Shown: positions 1-8,421 of the stretch, piece after piece
Layout of the letters: every line of letters starts with the position of its first letter
Position numbering within the stretch: the stretch's first letter is position 1
Source: Abditibacteriaceae bacterium
Lineage (GTDB): Bacteria; Armatimonadota; Abditibacteriia; Abditibacteriales; Abditibacteriaceae
Direction of reading: 5' to 3'
Assembly (NCBI GenBank): GCA_031372065.1
Contig: JANMKN010000396.1
Location: 1-14,245, forward strand
Length of the DNA stretch: 14,245 bases
Position numbers and translations under genes: made by a program
The notes under the pieces: generated by a model
Databases searched by the model: none
What the model was told of the DNA's origin: nothing
The model's input: the letters and a program-made list of their open reading frames with translations, nothing else

Positions 1-142
1 TGGCCGAGCGCACGCGCACTTTGTAATGCTCCGAGGCGGCAAGGCCCGGCACCGGCGGATAGACCACCACTTCGTCGGCGGCACGCGCCACGGACTGCAT
101 TGCCAAAAAAAGGGCGGCGAAAAGTGCGAGAATGGGTTTCAT
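1..142 (-). CDS. Secreted protein, N-terminal part only (runs off the window); resembles the N-terminus of GH28-like/pectin-lyase-fold 'endopolygalacturonase' proteins
   Basis: Not in the ORF track. My translation from ATG 142 is MKPILALFAALFLAMQSVARA-ADEVVVYPPVPGLAASEHYKVRVRSA, a clear Sec signal peptide with an AxA cleavage site. An in-frame alternative ATG lies at 160. It is co-oriented just downstream of the PhoD-like gene. 'VYPxxxG...S..YxVxVR' recalls the N-terminal module of GH28-like enzymes; the product call is tentative. Confidence 0.7.
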   Translation of the reverse strand, partial: MKPILALFAALFLAMQSVARAADEVVVYPPVPGLAASEHYKVRVRSA

Positions 143-204
143 GGTGTGTGCGGTTTTCATTTTTGTTCGCGCGGTCAGTTTCAATTTGGTCGGCGACGCA
201 GGAT

Positions 205-2103
205 TCAAGTCACCTCCACAGCCTTTGCGACCACCGTGTCCGGTTTGTCCTTGCCGGCTTTGACGGTGTATTTGCCCGGCGCATAGACGCGAGGAGTGAA
301 GCTCGCACCTTGTGACCGGACGGTGTAGAGAATTTCTTCGGTGGCCTCGGCGATGACCTGGACGACGGGATTCTCCACGCCGTCGAGCTTCACTGCGGGG
401 AGTTGCGCGTGGACTTTGCGACCGTCGTTGGCGTCCTGCGCGATGGTGAGGGGCCAGCCGGGGAATTGCGCTTTGTTGCCCAGCTTTGCATCGCTGAAAC
501 GCGGCCAGCACTCGAAGGTGATTTCGCGCTTCTTTTTGTTAAATCGGGCGATGCCGTAGCCGTCGGCACGTTGTTTTTCGTCGCTGACGTCGGACGGGTT
601 CGCGTAGGCGAGCATCGAGAGTTTGTTGCCGAGTCCGTCGTTGAAATCGCCCGTCCAAGGCAGCGGGCTGCCGGGCACAGGATTCGGGCCGGGCTTTTCA
701 TCGAGCGGATGCCACCAGCGACCGTAGATGGTGTTGACAAGCGCCGGGCTGGTGAAAGCGTAGGGGCCGTCGCCGAATTCGCGGATGCCGTTTTTCACGA
801 CGACGGCGAGGTGCTGGTCGCCGCACAGATGCACGGCCCACGCGCGGCGGATTTCTTCGAGCGCGAGGTTGCGTTTGGCCTGCGGCCAGCCGTTGCAGTC
901 GAGGTCGGCGAGCAGGCGCGCGTCGTGCTTTCCGTGCATATGGACGGCGCCGCAGAACGCGGTCTGCGAGAGCACGGCTTTCATCGCCGTGCCCGTCCAG
1001 TCCTGCGCCCACGCGCGAAGGAATTTCTCCTGCCTTTCGCCAAGCAGTTGCAGGCCGGGCAGGTCAATCGTCTTCGGGTCGTAGCCGGGATCGTTGATGT
1101 GGTCGGGGCGCGGCCCCATTTGCGGGATTTTGCCCGCAGGGCCGCTCTTGAATTTGCGGTCTTCGAGAATGGCGAAGTCCACGCCGCCGACGGTGAGCCG
1201 CGTAAAATAAACGCCAATGCCGCGCTCGACGGGCGCTGGATCCACGGGGTCGGGCAGGTTCCACGACTGCTGGCGCTGCACCTGGTTCACGTATTCGACC
1301 GGGTAAAAATAGCCGCCGTCGGAGTTGTCTTTTCGCAGCGAGCGTTTGCCGTTTTCGCCCCAAAGGTTGCCGTGGCCCACATCATGATCGTCGGGGATGG
1401 AAACCGTCGGACGGTCGCGCATGACATCGCGGAATTGCAGGCCGAATTCGATCCATCCCGCCGTGTGCTCGGTGTGACGGTAGGTCTGGTCGCCGGCAAA
1501 GAAAAGCAAGTCGGGATTCTGCGCCATGAGATTGTCAATAATCTCTGGCCGCTGGCCGGTGGTGCGGCTGGAATTGCACGACATATTCGCAACGACGATC
1601 TCGTCCTTGTCCACCGGGTCGCGGCGGATGAGGCCGTCGAACATCGCCTTCTCCCCGTGCCGCACGCGGTATTGCACGTCCTTTGTCGCGTCCCATTTTT
1701 CGACGCGGAAATGAGCATCCCAGCCGGGATAGAACACCTCCGCTTTCGCAATCTCGACCCACGCGCCGTCGCGCTGCACTTCCAGGCGCGCCTCACGCGG
1801 TTCGCCGGGCTTTAGCGGGTAAAGTTGCGCCGTCATTTTCATGACGCCGCCGTGAACCGTGTAGAGCGCGAACGCGACGACTTGATCGCGCGGCACGTCC
1901 ATCGGCGGAGGTGGAGGCTGGCCCTGACCTTTGTTTTTGCCTTGGGTCCACCACTCGCCGGTGGTGAGCGAGTCGAGTTCGGGGAACTCCGCGCCAAACG
2001 GGTGTGCGGCATCCTGCGCGAGCGAGACATCAGGCTTGAAGGCGAGTGCGCCGACTCCGGCGGCGGTCAGTTTGATGGCGGTGCGTCGGTTGATGGGTTT
2101 CAT
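205..2103 (-). CDS. Tat-exported PhoD-like (alkaline phosphatase D family) metallophosphoesterase, 632 aa
   Basis: Twin-arginine leader NRRTAIK plus hydrophobic stretch. PhoD-type metal-ligand motifs occur in the expected order: NMSCNS, DLLFFAGDQTY, IPDDHDVGHGN, LEDRKFKS, HLCGDQH. Confidence 0.85.
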   Translation of the reverse strand: MKPINRRTAIKLTAAGVGALAFKPDVSLAQDAAHPFGAEFPELDSLTTGEWWTQGKNKGQGQPPPPPMDVPRDQVVAFALYTVHGGVMKMTAQLYPLKPGEPREARLEVQRDGAWVEIAKAEVFYPGWDAHFRVEKWDATKDVQYRVRHGEKAMFDGLIRRDPVDKDEIVVANMSCNSSRTTGQRPEIIDNLMAQNPDLLFFAGDQTYRHTEHTAGWIEFGLQFRDVMRDRPTVSIPDDHDVGHGNLWGENGKRSLRKDNSDGGYFYPVEYVNQVQRQQSWNLPDPVDPAPVERGIGVYFTRLTVGGVDFAILEDRKFKSGPAGKIPQMGPRPDHINDPGYDPKTIDLPGLQLLGERQEKFLRAWAQDWTGTAMKAVLSQTAFCGAVHMHGKHDARLLADLDCNGWPQAKRNLALEEIRRAWAVHLCGDQHLAVVVKNGIREFGDGPYAFTSPALVNTIYGRWWHPLDEKPGPNPVPGSPLPWTGDFNDGLGNKLSMLAYANPSDVSDEKQRADGYGIARFNKKKREITFECWPRFSDAKLGNKAQFPGWPLTIAQDANDGRKVHAQLPAVKLDGVENPVVQVIAEATEEILYTVRSQGASFTPRVYAPGKYTVKAGKDKPDTVVAKAVEVT

Positions 2104-2116
2104 AATTGGGATGCGC

Positions 2117-4072
2117 TTACTCGGCGGAGGCTGCGTCTTTTTTGATTACCGCGAGCCAGTCTTCGGCGTCGGGGGCGGCGAGCGCGGATTTGTAGCCGCC
2201 CTTGATGGTAGTGCCTCCGGGTTTCAGATGACCGCCTTCACGCGGGTTGAACCATTTCACGCTGAAGGTGCCTTTTGCGCCGGAAAGGTCGAGGTCGGTG
2301 GCGCCGCCGTTGGGCAGATAAACGAGGTAAAGCTCGCCGGGTTTGGCGAAGCAGAACTTCGAGTTGTCGTCCGCCGTGTTGCCGATGAGCGCGTTGGCGC
2401 TCGTCATTTCGGCGAACGGGATTTTCTCGGCGCGGAAGTACTCCAGCGCGATGCGGCAGTAGTCCCAGCTTATGTCGCGGCTGCGAAAATCCTGCGCGAC
2501 GAGGTCGTTTTCCGGCAGCGTGTAGCCGAAGTAATATTCCACGCCCGCGCCGCCGGCCATGAGGTTGCCCCAGAGCGTGAGTTTGCGAATATCATGCAGC
2601 GTGTAGGGCTGGGAGGCGGTGTTGCCTGTGGCGGCGTCGGTGGTGCGCTTTTCTACGGCGATGCCGTCGTGGCCTTTGTAGCCGGGGTCGGGTGGGACGC
2701 CGAGGCCGGCGGGATTTTGCTCGTCGTTGGCGACAACCCACAATCGTCCGGCGGCGGCGGATTCGCGCAGCCAGTGCAGCGTGCGCTGGTGCGCCGCTTT
2801 CCATGAGTTTTGCAACGACACGCCGGTGAGCAGCGATTTATCGCCCAATAGCGGACGATACACCTCGTCCTGCTGCGGTGGGAAAGTGTGAAGCACGATG
2901 AGATGCCGGTAAGGATCGGTGTCATGAAGAAACTTCGCCATGTCGCGCACTTCATCACTGCTTTGCGTGTTTTCCTCGCCGATGTTCCAGTTTAGCGCCA
3001 GCGCATGGCCGAAACGCGCGATGATCTCGCGGCAATACAGCTTGCGCTCGATGCCGAGTTTTCCGCCGTCGAGCGACTCGGCAACGAGGCCCGCCTTGCG
3101 GCCCGCGCCGAGACGGTTGTCGTCCATTTCGTTTTCTTGAAGTTTGAAATGCAGATAAAGGCCACGCGCCGTCGCGTGGTCGAAGGCGACGCCCCACTGA
3201 TCCAGCTTCGAGCAGTCGTAGTGCAGCTTCGCGTTGCGCTCGACAAAGGGCCAGACGTTGTCGCCGTCGCCTGCGGCGTTGTAGGTGAGAAATGAGAACG
3301 CGTTGACGCCTTTGCCCGCGAGGTAATTCAGTGCGCCGATGAGGCCTTTGCCTTTGCCGTCGCGCCACGTCGGGTCGCCCGCTTTCCAATCGCCAACGTG
3401 CGGCTGCCACGTCTTGAGCGGCACTTTGTCGGGCTTGCCCGCGCTGGTGTTGTCGAAGTCGGCATAAGCCAGCAGGGTTTCGGGCGCGTCGGGACCGGCT
3501 TTCAGGAAAAATTGTTTCGACCCGGCGAATTGCAGGTGATGTTTGCCGACGTATTGAAGGCGACCGTGCGCGCGGAAATCGCGGCCCGTTTTGTCGGTCG
3601 CCGCAATCTTGAAGCTGCCACTGACGCCATCGAACGGCGCGACCGGCTTTCCGCCGCCTTCGAGCGCCGCGTTTTTGCCGATGGTGAACGACACCGAATA
3701 CTTCCAGGCGCCCGCCTTGTCCGGCGAGAGATGCGCCCGCCATTTCGTGCCCGACTCAGCGGATGAATTCGCTGCATCACCGTCGGCGGCGAAGTAGCCC
3801 GGCACCTTGTAACTGGGCGAACCCGACTCGTGCGTAAAGGTGACGTTGAACGAGAAATCCGTGAACGGATTCGGCTGCGCGTCGCGCTCGCGCGCAAACG
3901 GCCCGTCGAGCGTGACCGTCACCTTGTGCCATTGCTTCAGCTCGCCGGTGATGGAAACCTCGGCTTTGCCATCGGGCCGGCGCGTGGCGATTTCGGACTG
4001 TGCGTTCGCCATTTGGGCCATGGCCCAGACGAACGCGATGCAGGTGAGCGCACTTCTCATTTTCATCTTCAT
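2117..4072 (-). CDS. Secreted DUF5060-domain protein with a probable glycoside-hydrolase-like TIM barrel and a C-terminal 'putative collagen-binding' beta domain, 651 aa
   Basis: Signal peptide ending AQMANA-Q. DUF5060-like N-terminus (QWHKVTVTLDGP...NPFTD...VPGYFAADG...WRAHLSPDKAGAWKY). Central YCREIIARFG...WNIGEEN...DPYRH and VVANDEQ motifs resemble clan-A-like barrels. C-terminal YLVYLPNGG...VKWFNPREG...DWLAVI. The start overlaps the upstream stop (ATGA, 4069-4072). Confidence 0.8.
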   Translation of the reverse strand: MKMKMRSALTCIAFVWAMAQMANAQSEIATRRPDGKAEVSITGELKQWHKVTVTLDGPFARERDAQPNPFTDFSFNVTFTHESGSPSYKVPGYFAADGDAANSSAESGTKWRAHLSPDKAGAWKYSVSFTIGKNAALEGGGKPVAPFDGVSGSFKIAATDKTGRDFRAHGRLQYVGKHHLQFAGSKQFFLKAGPDAPETLLAYADFDNTSAGKPDKVPLKTWQPHVGDWKAGDPTWRDGKGKGLIGALNYLAGKGVNAFSFLTYNAAGDGDNVWPFVERNAKLHYDCSKLDQWGVAFDHATARGLYLHFKLQENEMDDNRLGAGRKAGLVAESLDGGKLGIERKLYCREIIARFGHALALNWNIGEENTQSSDEVRDMAKFLHDTDPYRHLIVLHTFPPQQDEVYRPLLGDKSLLTGVSLQNSWKAAHQRTLHWLRESAAAGRLWVVANDEQNPAGLGVPPDPGYKGHDGIAVEKRTTDAATGNTASQPYTLHDIRKLTLWGNLMAGGAGVEYYFGYTLPENDLVAQDFRSRDISWDYCRIALEYFRAEKIPFAEMTSANALIGNTADDNSKFCFAKPGELYLVYLPNGGATDLDLSGAKGTFSVKWFNPREGGHLKPGGTTIKGGYKSALAAPDAEDWLAVIKKDAASAE

Positions 4073-6327
4073 TTGCGGAAGCCCTTCTCGCTACCGGCGC
4101 GTTTGCCGTCGTCTTTGAGTGTGCTCGGCTTCCAATCGCGGGCGATGTCGAGATCGGCGGCCACCTTTTCCGTCAATGCGGTGATGTCCACAAAGCCCAC
4201 GCGGTTGTAGAGGGCGGGGACATAATGAGCGTCGCGGATGGCGGCGTATTTTTTCCAGTGGCTCAAGGCATCGCCGAGTTGTTGCATCGCTTTGTCGTGC
4301 TCAGCCTTTTCGCTGTTCGCGTCGAACAGGGCCAGCGCACAGGCGCCGCGAATTTTGGCGGCGTAGTAGCGGCCCAGCCAGGCCAGCGCCTCGCAGTCGT
4401 TCACGTTCTTTTGCAGTTCGGCGTCCGACTTCGCAGCAGCGCGAAGCGCGTCGAGAGCGGCGAAAGTCTCCGTCGCAGACTTCTCTAAAGCGTCGGCGAT
4501 TTCGAGCGGCGTGGTCTGCTCCATCAGCTGGCGAGCGATAAGGCGCGCACGCCAGTCGCGGATGCACAGCACGTTCGCGCCGGGCATGGAAATGCCTTCC
4601 ATGAAATGCCGCACCGTGTAAAAGCCGTTGCCTTTGCTCCGGCGATGGCTCCAGCACGCTTCGGGAAACCACTTCAAATCAATGTCGCCCCAAAAAAAGC
4701 GCGTGGTCAGCGGCATCACTTGCGAGGCGCCTTGCAGTGCGCGGAAAAGCTGCGGCGCTGAGGCCTTTGGATGCCGCGCGGCCAGCAATCGCTCGAAATG
4801 CGAATCCGGCAGCGACGGTTCGTAGGCCAGCCGACCCCAGAGCATGAACGAATACCACTGCTTCTCCATCACCAGCGGGCGCGGGCCGGGGGCGGGATGG
4901 CGTTCCAGAAAATCGCGGCCCCACACGTAGCCGTCCGGCCCCATGTAAAAACCGGCAATCTTGTCGGCTGGCGGAATGTTCAAAATGTATTCGCGGGCGT
5001 AGGCGGGGTCGCCAAAGCGGAAGGTGTAGATGTCGTCGTTGCGCACCGTGAGCCACGTCTTCCGGCCCGGCGCGAGATTCTCCAGCAGCGGCGTGATGAA
5101 GGTCGGCTTCGTGATTGAATACATATGCGCCACCGAATACTTGAAGCTGAAATCAAACGTCCCCGGATAGTCTTTGAACGCATCGAGAATCTCGCTCTGC
5201 GCCGTCCAGTGGAAGCGATGAATCATGCCGAACTGGCGCTTTGGCTCGTTTTTTAGCGCATCGCGCACGCCTTCGCCATAGGTTTCCCACAGCCAGCGTT
5301 CCTTCGCCTTGGAGTCCATTTTTTCCGGCATCCCTTCGCCCGCCGTGATGCCCATGCCGGCCAGCAGCGGATAGGTCTTCACCATCTCGCGCACGCTGGC
5401 GCGGAAATACTTTTTCGTGGCTTCGTTGCCCAGATCGTTGGTGATGCCGTGCTTGCCCTCCGCACCGAAAGTGAAGACATTCCAGGTGAAAACATAAACG
5501 CGGATGCCCCGGCCGGCGGCCTGCTGCATGACCCAGCGCCAGAACTCAATTTTTTCTTCGATGGTGATGCGCTTCACCACCTCGTGGTCGGCGAGCATGG
5601 CGGGGCGAACCATGTCGGTGCCCGCAAAGCTAAAGGTGTCATCCAGCTTGGCGCGCGTGCGCCAGACATCGTTCAGTGCGACTTCGGGAAACTCCGGCAC
5701 CTTCACCAGCGAAGGAAAAGGATGAAGCGACCAAAGCGAAAGCACGTTGTAGCGGTTGCGCGCCATCGAGTCGAGAAACGCCGTCCAAAACTCGCGCTCC
5801 CACATCTCCGGGATGTTCGCCTGCGCCGCGTCGGAGCAGTCGGTGTAGCTCGGCGTGCGCAGATCGAGCGGGATGTTGAACTTGATGCCGCGCTGCGCGA
5901 TGTGCGGTTTGTGGTCGGAGTCCTTCAACGAGTCGAGCGTGCCCGTGCGAATCGCCTCGGCAGTATCCAGCCCGCCATACATTGCGCCCGCCTCATCGGC
6001 CCCGCGCACCGTGATAATGCGGCGTCCGCCTTCGTTCTTCACATGAATGTTGTAGCTCTGCGCGGCGGCTTTGCCACCATTTTCGACGGTGAGCGCGATG
6101 CGAGTTGCCTTCGCATCATCGCCCAAAGTCATGCCTTTGGCTGCGGCCTCTCGACGAATTTCCGCAGCAGCAAACTTGCCCGGCCCGCCGGTTGCCGGGT
6201 CGTTTGTCAGATTGAGGCTTGCGGCCATCGCGGGGGAAGCGAAAATCGAAGCGAGGACGGTCATGCGTGTGATCATGCGAGAAGTGCGCGCGAAGGGCAG
6301 AAGGGAAATCTTGGGGATGGTGATCAT
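4069..6327 (-). CDS. Secreted uncharacterised glycoside-hydrolase-like protein (GH20/GH67-type N-terminal domain, barrel, helical C-terminus), up to 752 aa
   Basis: Long ORF with GC-rich codon usage and a signal peptide ending ASPAMA-A. QSYNI...ITVRGADEAGAMYGGLD...PHIAQRG is the hexosaminidase-domain-2-like motif that precedes barrels in GH20/GH67/GH115-type enzymes; it is followed by FLDSMARNRYNVLSLW. Alternative starts at 6276 and 6264. Confidence 0.72.
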   Translation of the reverse strand: MITIPKISLLPFARTSRMITRMTVLASIFASPAMAASLNLTNDPATGGPGKFAAAEIRREAAAKGMTLGDDAKATRIALTVENGGKAAAQSYNIHVKNEGGRRIITVRGADEAGAMYGGLDTAEAIRTGTLDSLKDSDHKPHIAQRGIKFNIPLDLRTPSYTDCSDAAQANIPEMWEREFWTAFLDSMARNRYNVLSLWSLHPFPSLVKVPEFPEVALNDVWRTRAKLDDTFSFAGTDMVRPAMLADHEVVKRITIEEKIEFWRWVMQQAAGRGIRVYVFTWNVFTFGAEGKHGITNDLGNEATKKYFRASVREMVKTYPLLAGMGITAGEGMPEKMDSKAKERWLWETYGEGVRDALKNEPKRQFGMIHRFHWTAQSEILDAFKDYPGTFDFSFKYSVAHMYSITKPTFITPLLENLAPGRKTWLTVRNDDIYTFRFGDPAYAREYILNIPPADKIAGFYMGPDGYVWGRDFLERHPAPGPRPLVMEKQWYSFMLWGRLAYEPSLPDSHFERLLAARHPKASAPQLFRALQGASQVMPLTTRFFWGDIDLKWFPEACWSHRRSKGNGFYTVRHFMEGISMPGANVLCIRDWRARLIARQLMEQTTPLEIADALEKSATETFAALDALRAAAKSDAELQKNVNDCEALAWLGRYYAAKIRGACALALFDANSEKAEHDKAMQQLGDALSHWKKYAAIRDAHYVPALYNRVGFVDITALTEKVAADLDIARDWKPSTLKDDGKRAGSEKGFRK

Positions 6328-6333
6328 GGTGTG

Positions 6334-8367
6334 TTATTTGACCGGAACCAACTGCACGGCGTCGAGAATGATGAAGCCGGTGGTGTTGGTGGTTTGGATT
6401 TGGATGATGGTTTCGCCTTCTGCTGCCAGTTGCACCGTGCCGATGAGATGAAAGTGCTGCCCAGCAAGCAAATGACGGGTTTGATCCACTATGATCTTCG
6501 TTTCGCGTGTGCCGCTGGTGATGACCACAGGCACGTTCGTGGCACGGGTTTCGTGTGCGGAATAAGCGATCAGCACCCTGTATTCGCCGGATTTTGGCAC
6601 TTTGACGCGGAAAGTGGCGGATGCTTTGCCGTCGCTGCGGGCGTCCTTTTTCCCGTGAACGACGTAGCCGCTGCCAATGCTTGGTTTGAAGTTCGTCGAG
6701 CGCGTCCACTCGCCCTCCAGTTCCGCATCGGCGTCGTCGAGCACGATGCCGGGCAGCGACTTTACGGGGATGAAACTATCCTCCTTCGCCGCTGCTTTTT
6801 CGGGCGGAACCGGCAGAGCAAGCACTTGCCCCTGCGCGAGGAGCCGCTGGCGCAGGACTGGATATGGCAGGTCTTGCACGGCGACCGCTTGTTTCGCCGC
6901 CAGCGCCGCCGCGATACCCGCGCCTTCGATGCGGAGTGATGAAACGGCGACGTGCGTGCAGGAAAGCGCAACGGGCACGAGCAGGTTATTGCATTGGTCG
7001 GGCTTCGGCAGCACCGAGCGATAGGGAACATGGTAGGCGTAGCCCATTCTGGTGCCGGGGACTCGCACGGGAAAAATGGTGCCTTCATTGATGACGCCGC
7101 CATCTTTCAAGGCCACGCGCTGGCAGTCGTGCGAATCAATCGGGAACGATGAAATAGCGATTGGGTCGTCTTTCTCCGGCGAGTTGATGATGTCCTTTTG
7201 CGAAAGCACATACGCCCCTTTCATGCGCCGCGACTCGCGCACATAGAGCGCGGGCGAAAAGTGGGCGGTCGCCGCAAACTCGTCTTTGCACAGGCCGAGG
7301 TCGGCGAATTCGTCGCGCACTTTTCGCGGCACAGCGGGGTCGGTGCACAGGAAGTGGAGAAATTCCAGCGTGTATTGTTTGTGATCCTCCCAAATTTTCT
7401 GCCGTCCCGCTTCATCGGCGCTGTGCCAATTGTTGCCGCCGCCGACAAGACCCAGCGAAATCTGGCCGCCGATGGAATTGTTGCCGTCGAGCTTGCCACC
7501 GGGCAACGGGTAGAGGTCAAAGCCGACTTTGGCACCGACCTTCAGAGCGCGGCGGGCGAGTTCGAAACGCGCAGGGTCGTATTTCGCAGGCTCCGGCATC
7601 GGCACCAGCTTCGCAGCGTCTCGCGTGAGGCAGAGCCGGAAGCTGTAAGTCATGATGTGCTTGTCGCCCGATTCGTCGGGGCCGGCATCGCTCGTCGTCA
7701 CCAGCGGTAGCGGCTTGCCCTCGTCATCGAAGCCGCTGATGTTCATCTTCGCCTTTGGGAATTGTTTCCCCGCGTAGGATTCGCCGAACTCGGCGCGGCC
7801 CTCGCGGCCAATCGTCCACTCCACGCCCGCCGCCGCCATGAGGTCGCCTTCGTAGGTGCCGTCCACAAAGACTTTGGCCGTGAACGTGCCGTCCTTGGTG
7901 ACGAGCGAGGTGATGCGCGGGCCTTCCTTCTTGACCAATTTCAAATAGCGCCCGGTTTTCACACTGACGCCCGCTTCGGTTAGCATCGCCTTCGTCACGC
8001 GCATCGCCACGTGCGGCTCAAACGTCCAGCGCGCGGTGTCTTTGAGCGCCGCGTCGTAGGGGGCCGGAAGTCCACGGTCGGTGTAATCCTTCACCACGCG
8101 CCGATGCCACTCATCGAAAAGGCCCATCAGCGTCTCGCGCCGCATCTGATTTGAGTCGCAGTGGCTCAATCCACCCGTGTTCAACCCGCCGACATCGTCC
8201 GTCGGCTCCAGCAAAATGACGGAAGCCCCCTCACGCGCCGCCGCAATGGCCGCGCTAAAGCCGCCCGGCGTGGAGCCATAGACGATGACATCGGCGGACT
8301 CCTGCGCGAAGACGGGAACCGTAGTCGCTAAGAGGATGCTGAAGAGAAGAGTGAGGATGCGTTTCAT
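6334..8367 (-). CDS. Secreted FAD-dependent oxidoreductase (FAD_oxidored family) with a C-terminal xanthan-lyase/golvesin-like beta-sandwich domain, 677 aa
   Basis: Signal peptide ending VFA-Q. Rossmann motif DVIVYGSTPGGFSAAIAAAREG, then FEPHVA, FVDGTYEGDLMAAAGV..GRE, LYVRESRRMKG, IDSHDCQR and YHVPYRSVLPK...NLLVPV. The C-terminal domain runs GIVLDD...GEW...ATF...GEYRV...ILDAVQLVP (~6334-6755). Confidence 0.88.
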   Translation of the reverse strand: MKRILTLLFSILLATTVPVFAQESADVIVYGSTPGGFSAAIAAAREGASVILLEPTDDVGGLNTGGLSHCDSNQMRRETLMGLFDEWHRRVVKDYTDRGLPAPYDAALKDTARWTFEPHVAMRVTKAMLTEAGVSVKTGRYLKLVKKEGPRITSLVTKDGTFTAKVFVDGTYEGDLMAAAGVEWTIGREGRAEFGESYAGKQFPKAKMNISGFDDEGKPLPLVTTSDAGPDESGDKHIMTYSFRLCLTRDAAKLVPMPEPAKYDPARFELARRALKVGAKVGFDLYPLPGGKLDGNNSIGGQISLGLVGGGNNWHSADEAGRQKIWEDHKQYTLEFLHFLCTDPAVPRKVRDEFADLGLCKDEFAATAHFSPALYVRESRRMKGAYVLSQKDIINSPEKDDPIAISSFPIDSHDCQRVALKDGGVINEGTIFPVRVPGTRMGYAYHVPYRSVLPKPDQCNNLLVPVALSCTHVAVSSLRIEGAGIAAALAAKQAVAVQDLPYPVLRQRLLAQGQVLALPVPPEKAAAKEDSFIPVKSLPGIVLDDADAELEGEWTRSTNFKPSIGSGYVVHGKKDARSDGKASATFRVKVPKSGEYRVLIAYSAHETRATNVPVVITSGTRETKIIVDQTRHLLAGQHFHLIGTVQLAAEGETIIQIQTTNTTGFIILDAVQLVPVK

Positions 8368-8421
8368 GGTGGTTACCGGTTTCGTTTCTTACTTTTTCGG
8401 CAGCTGCCCTTAACGCAGAAT

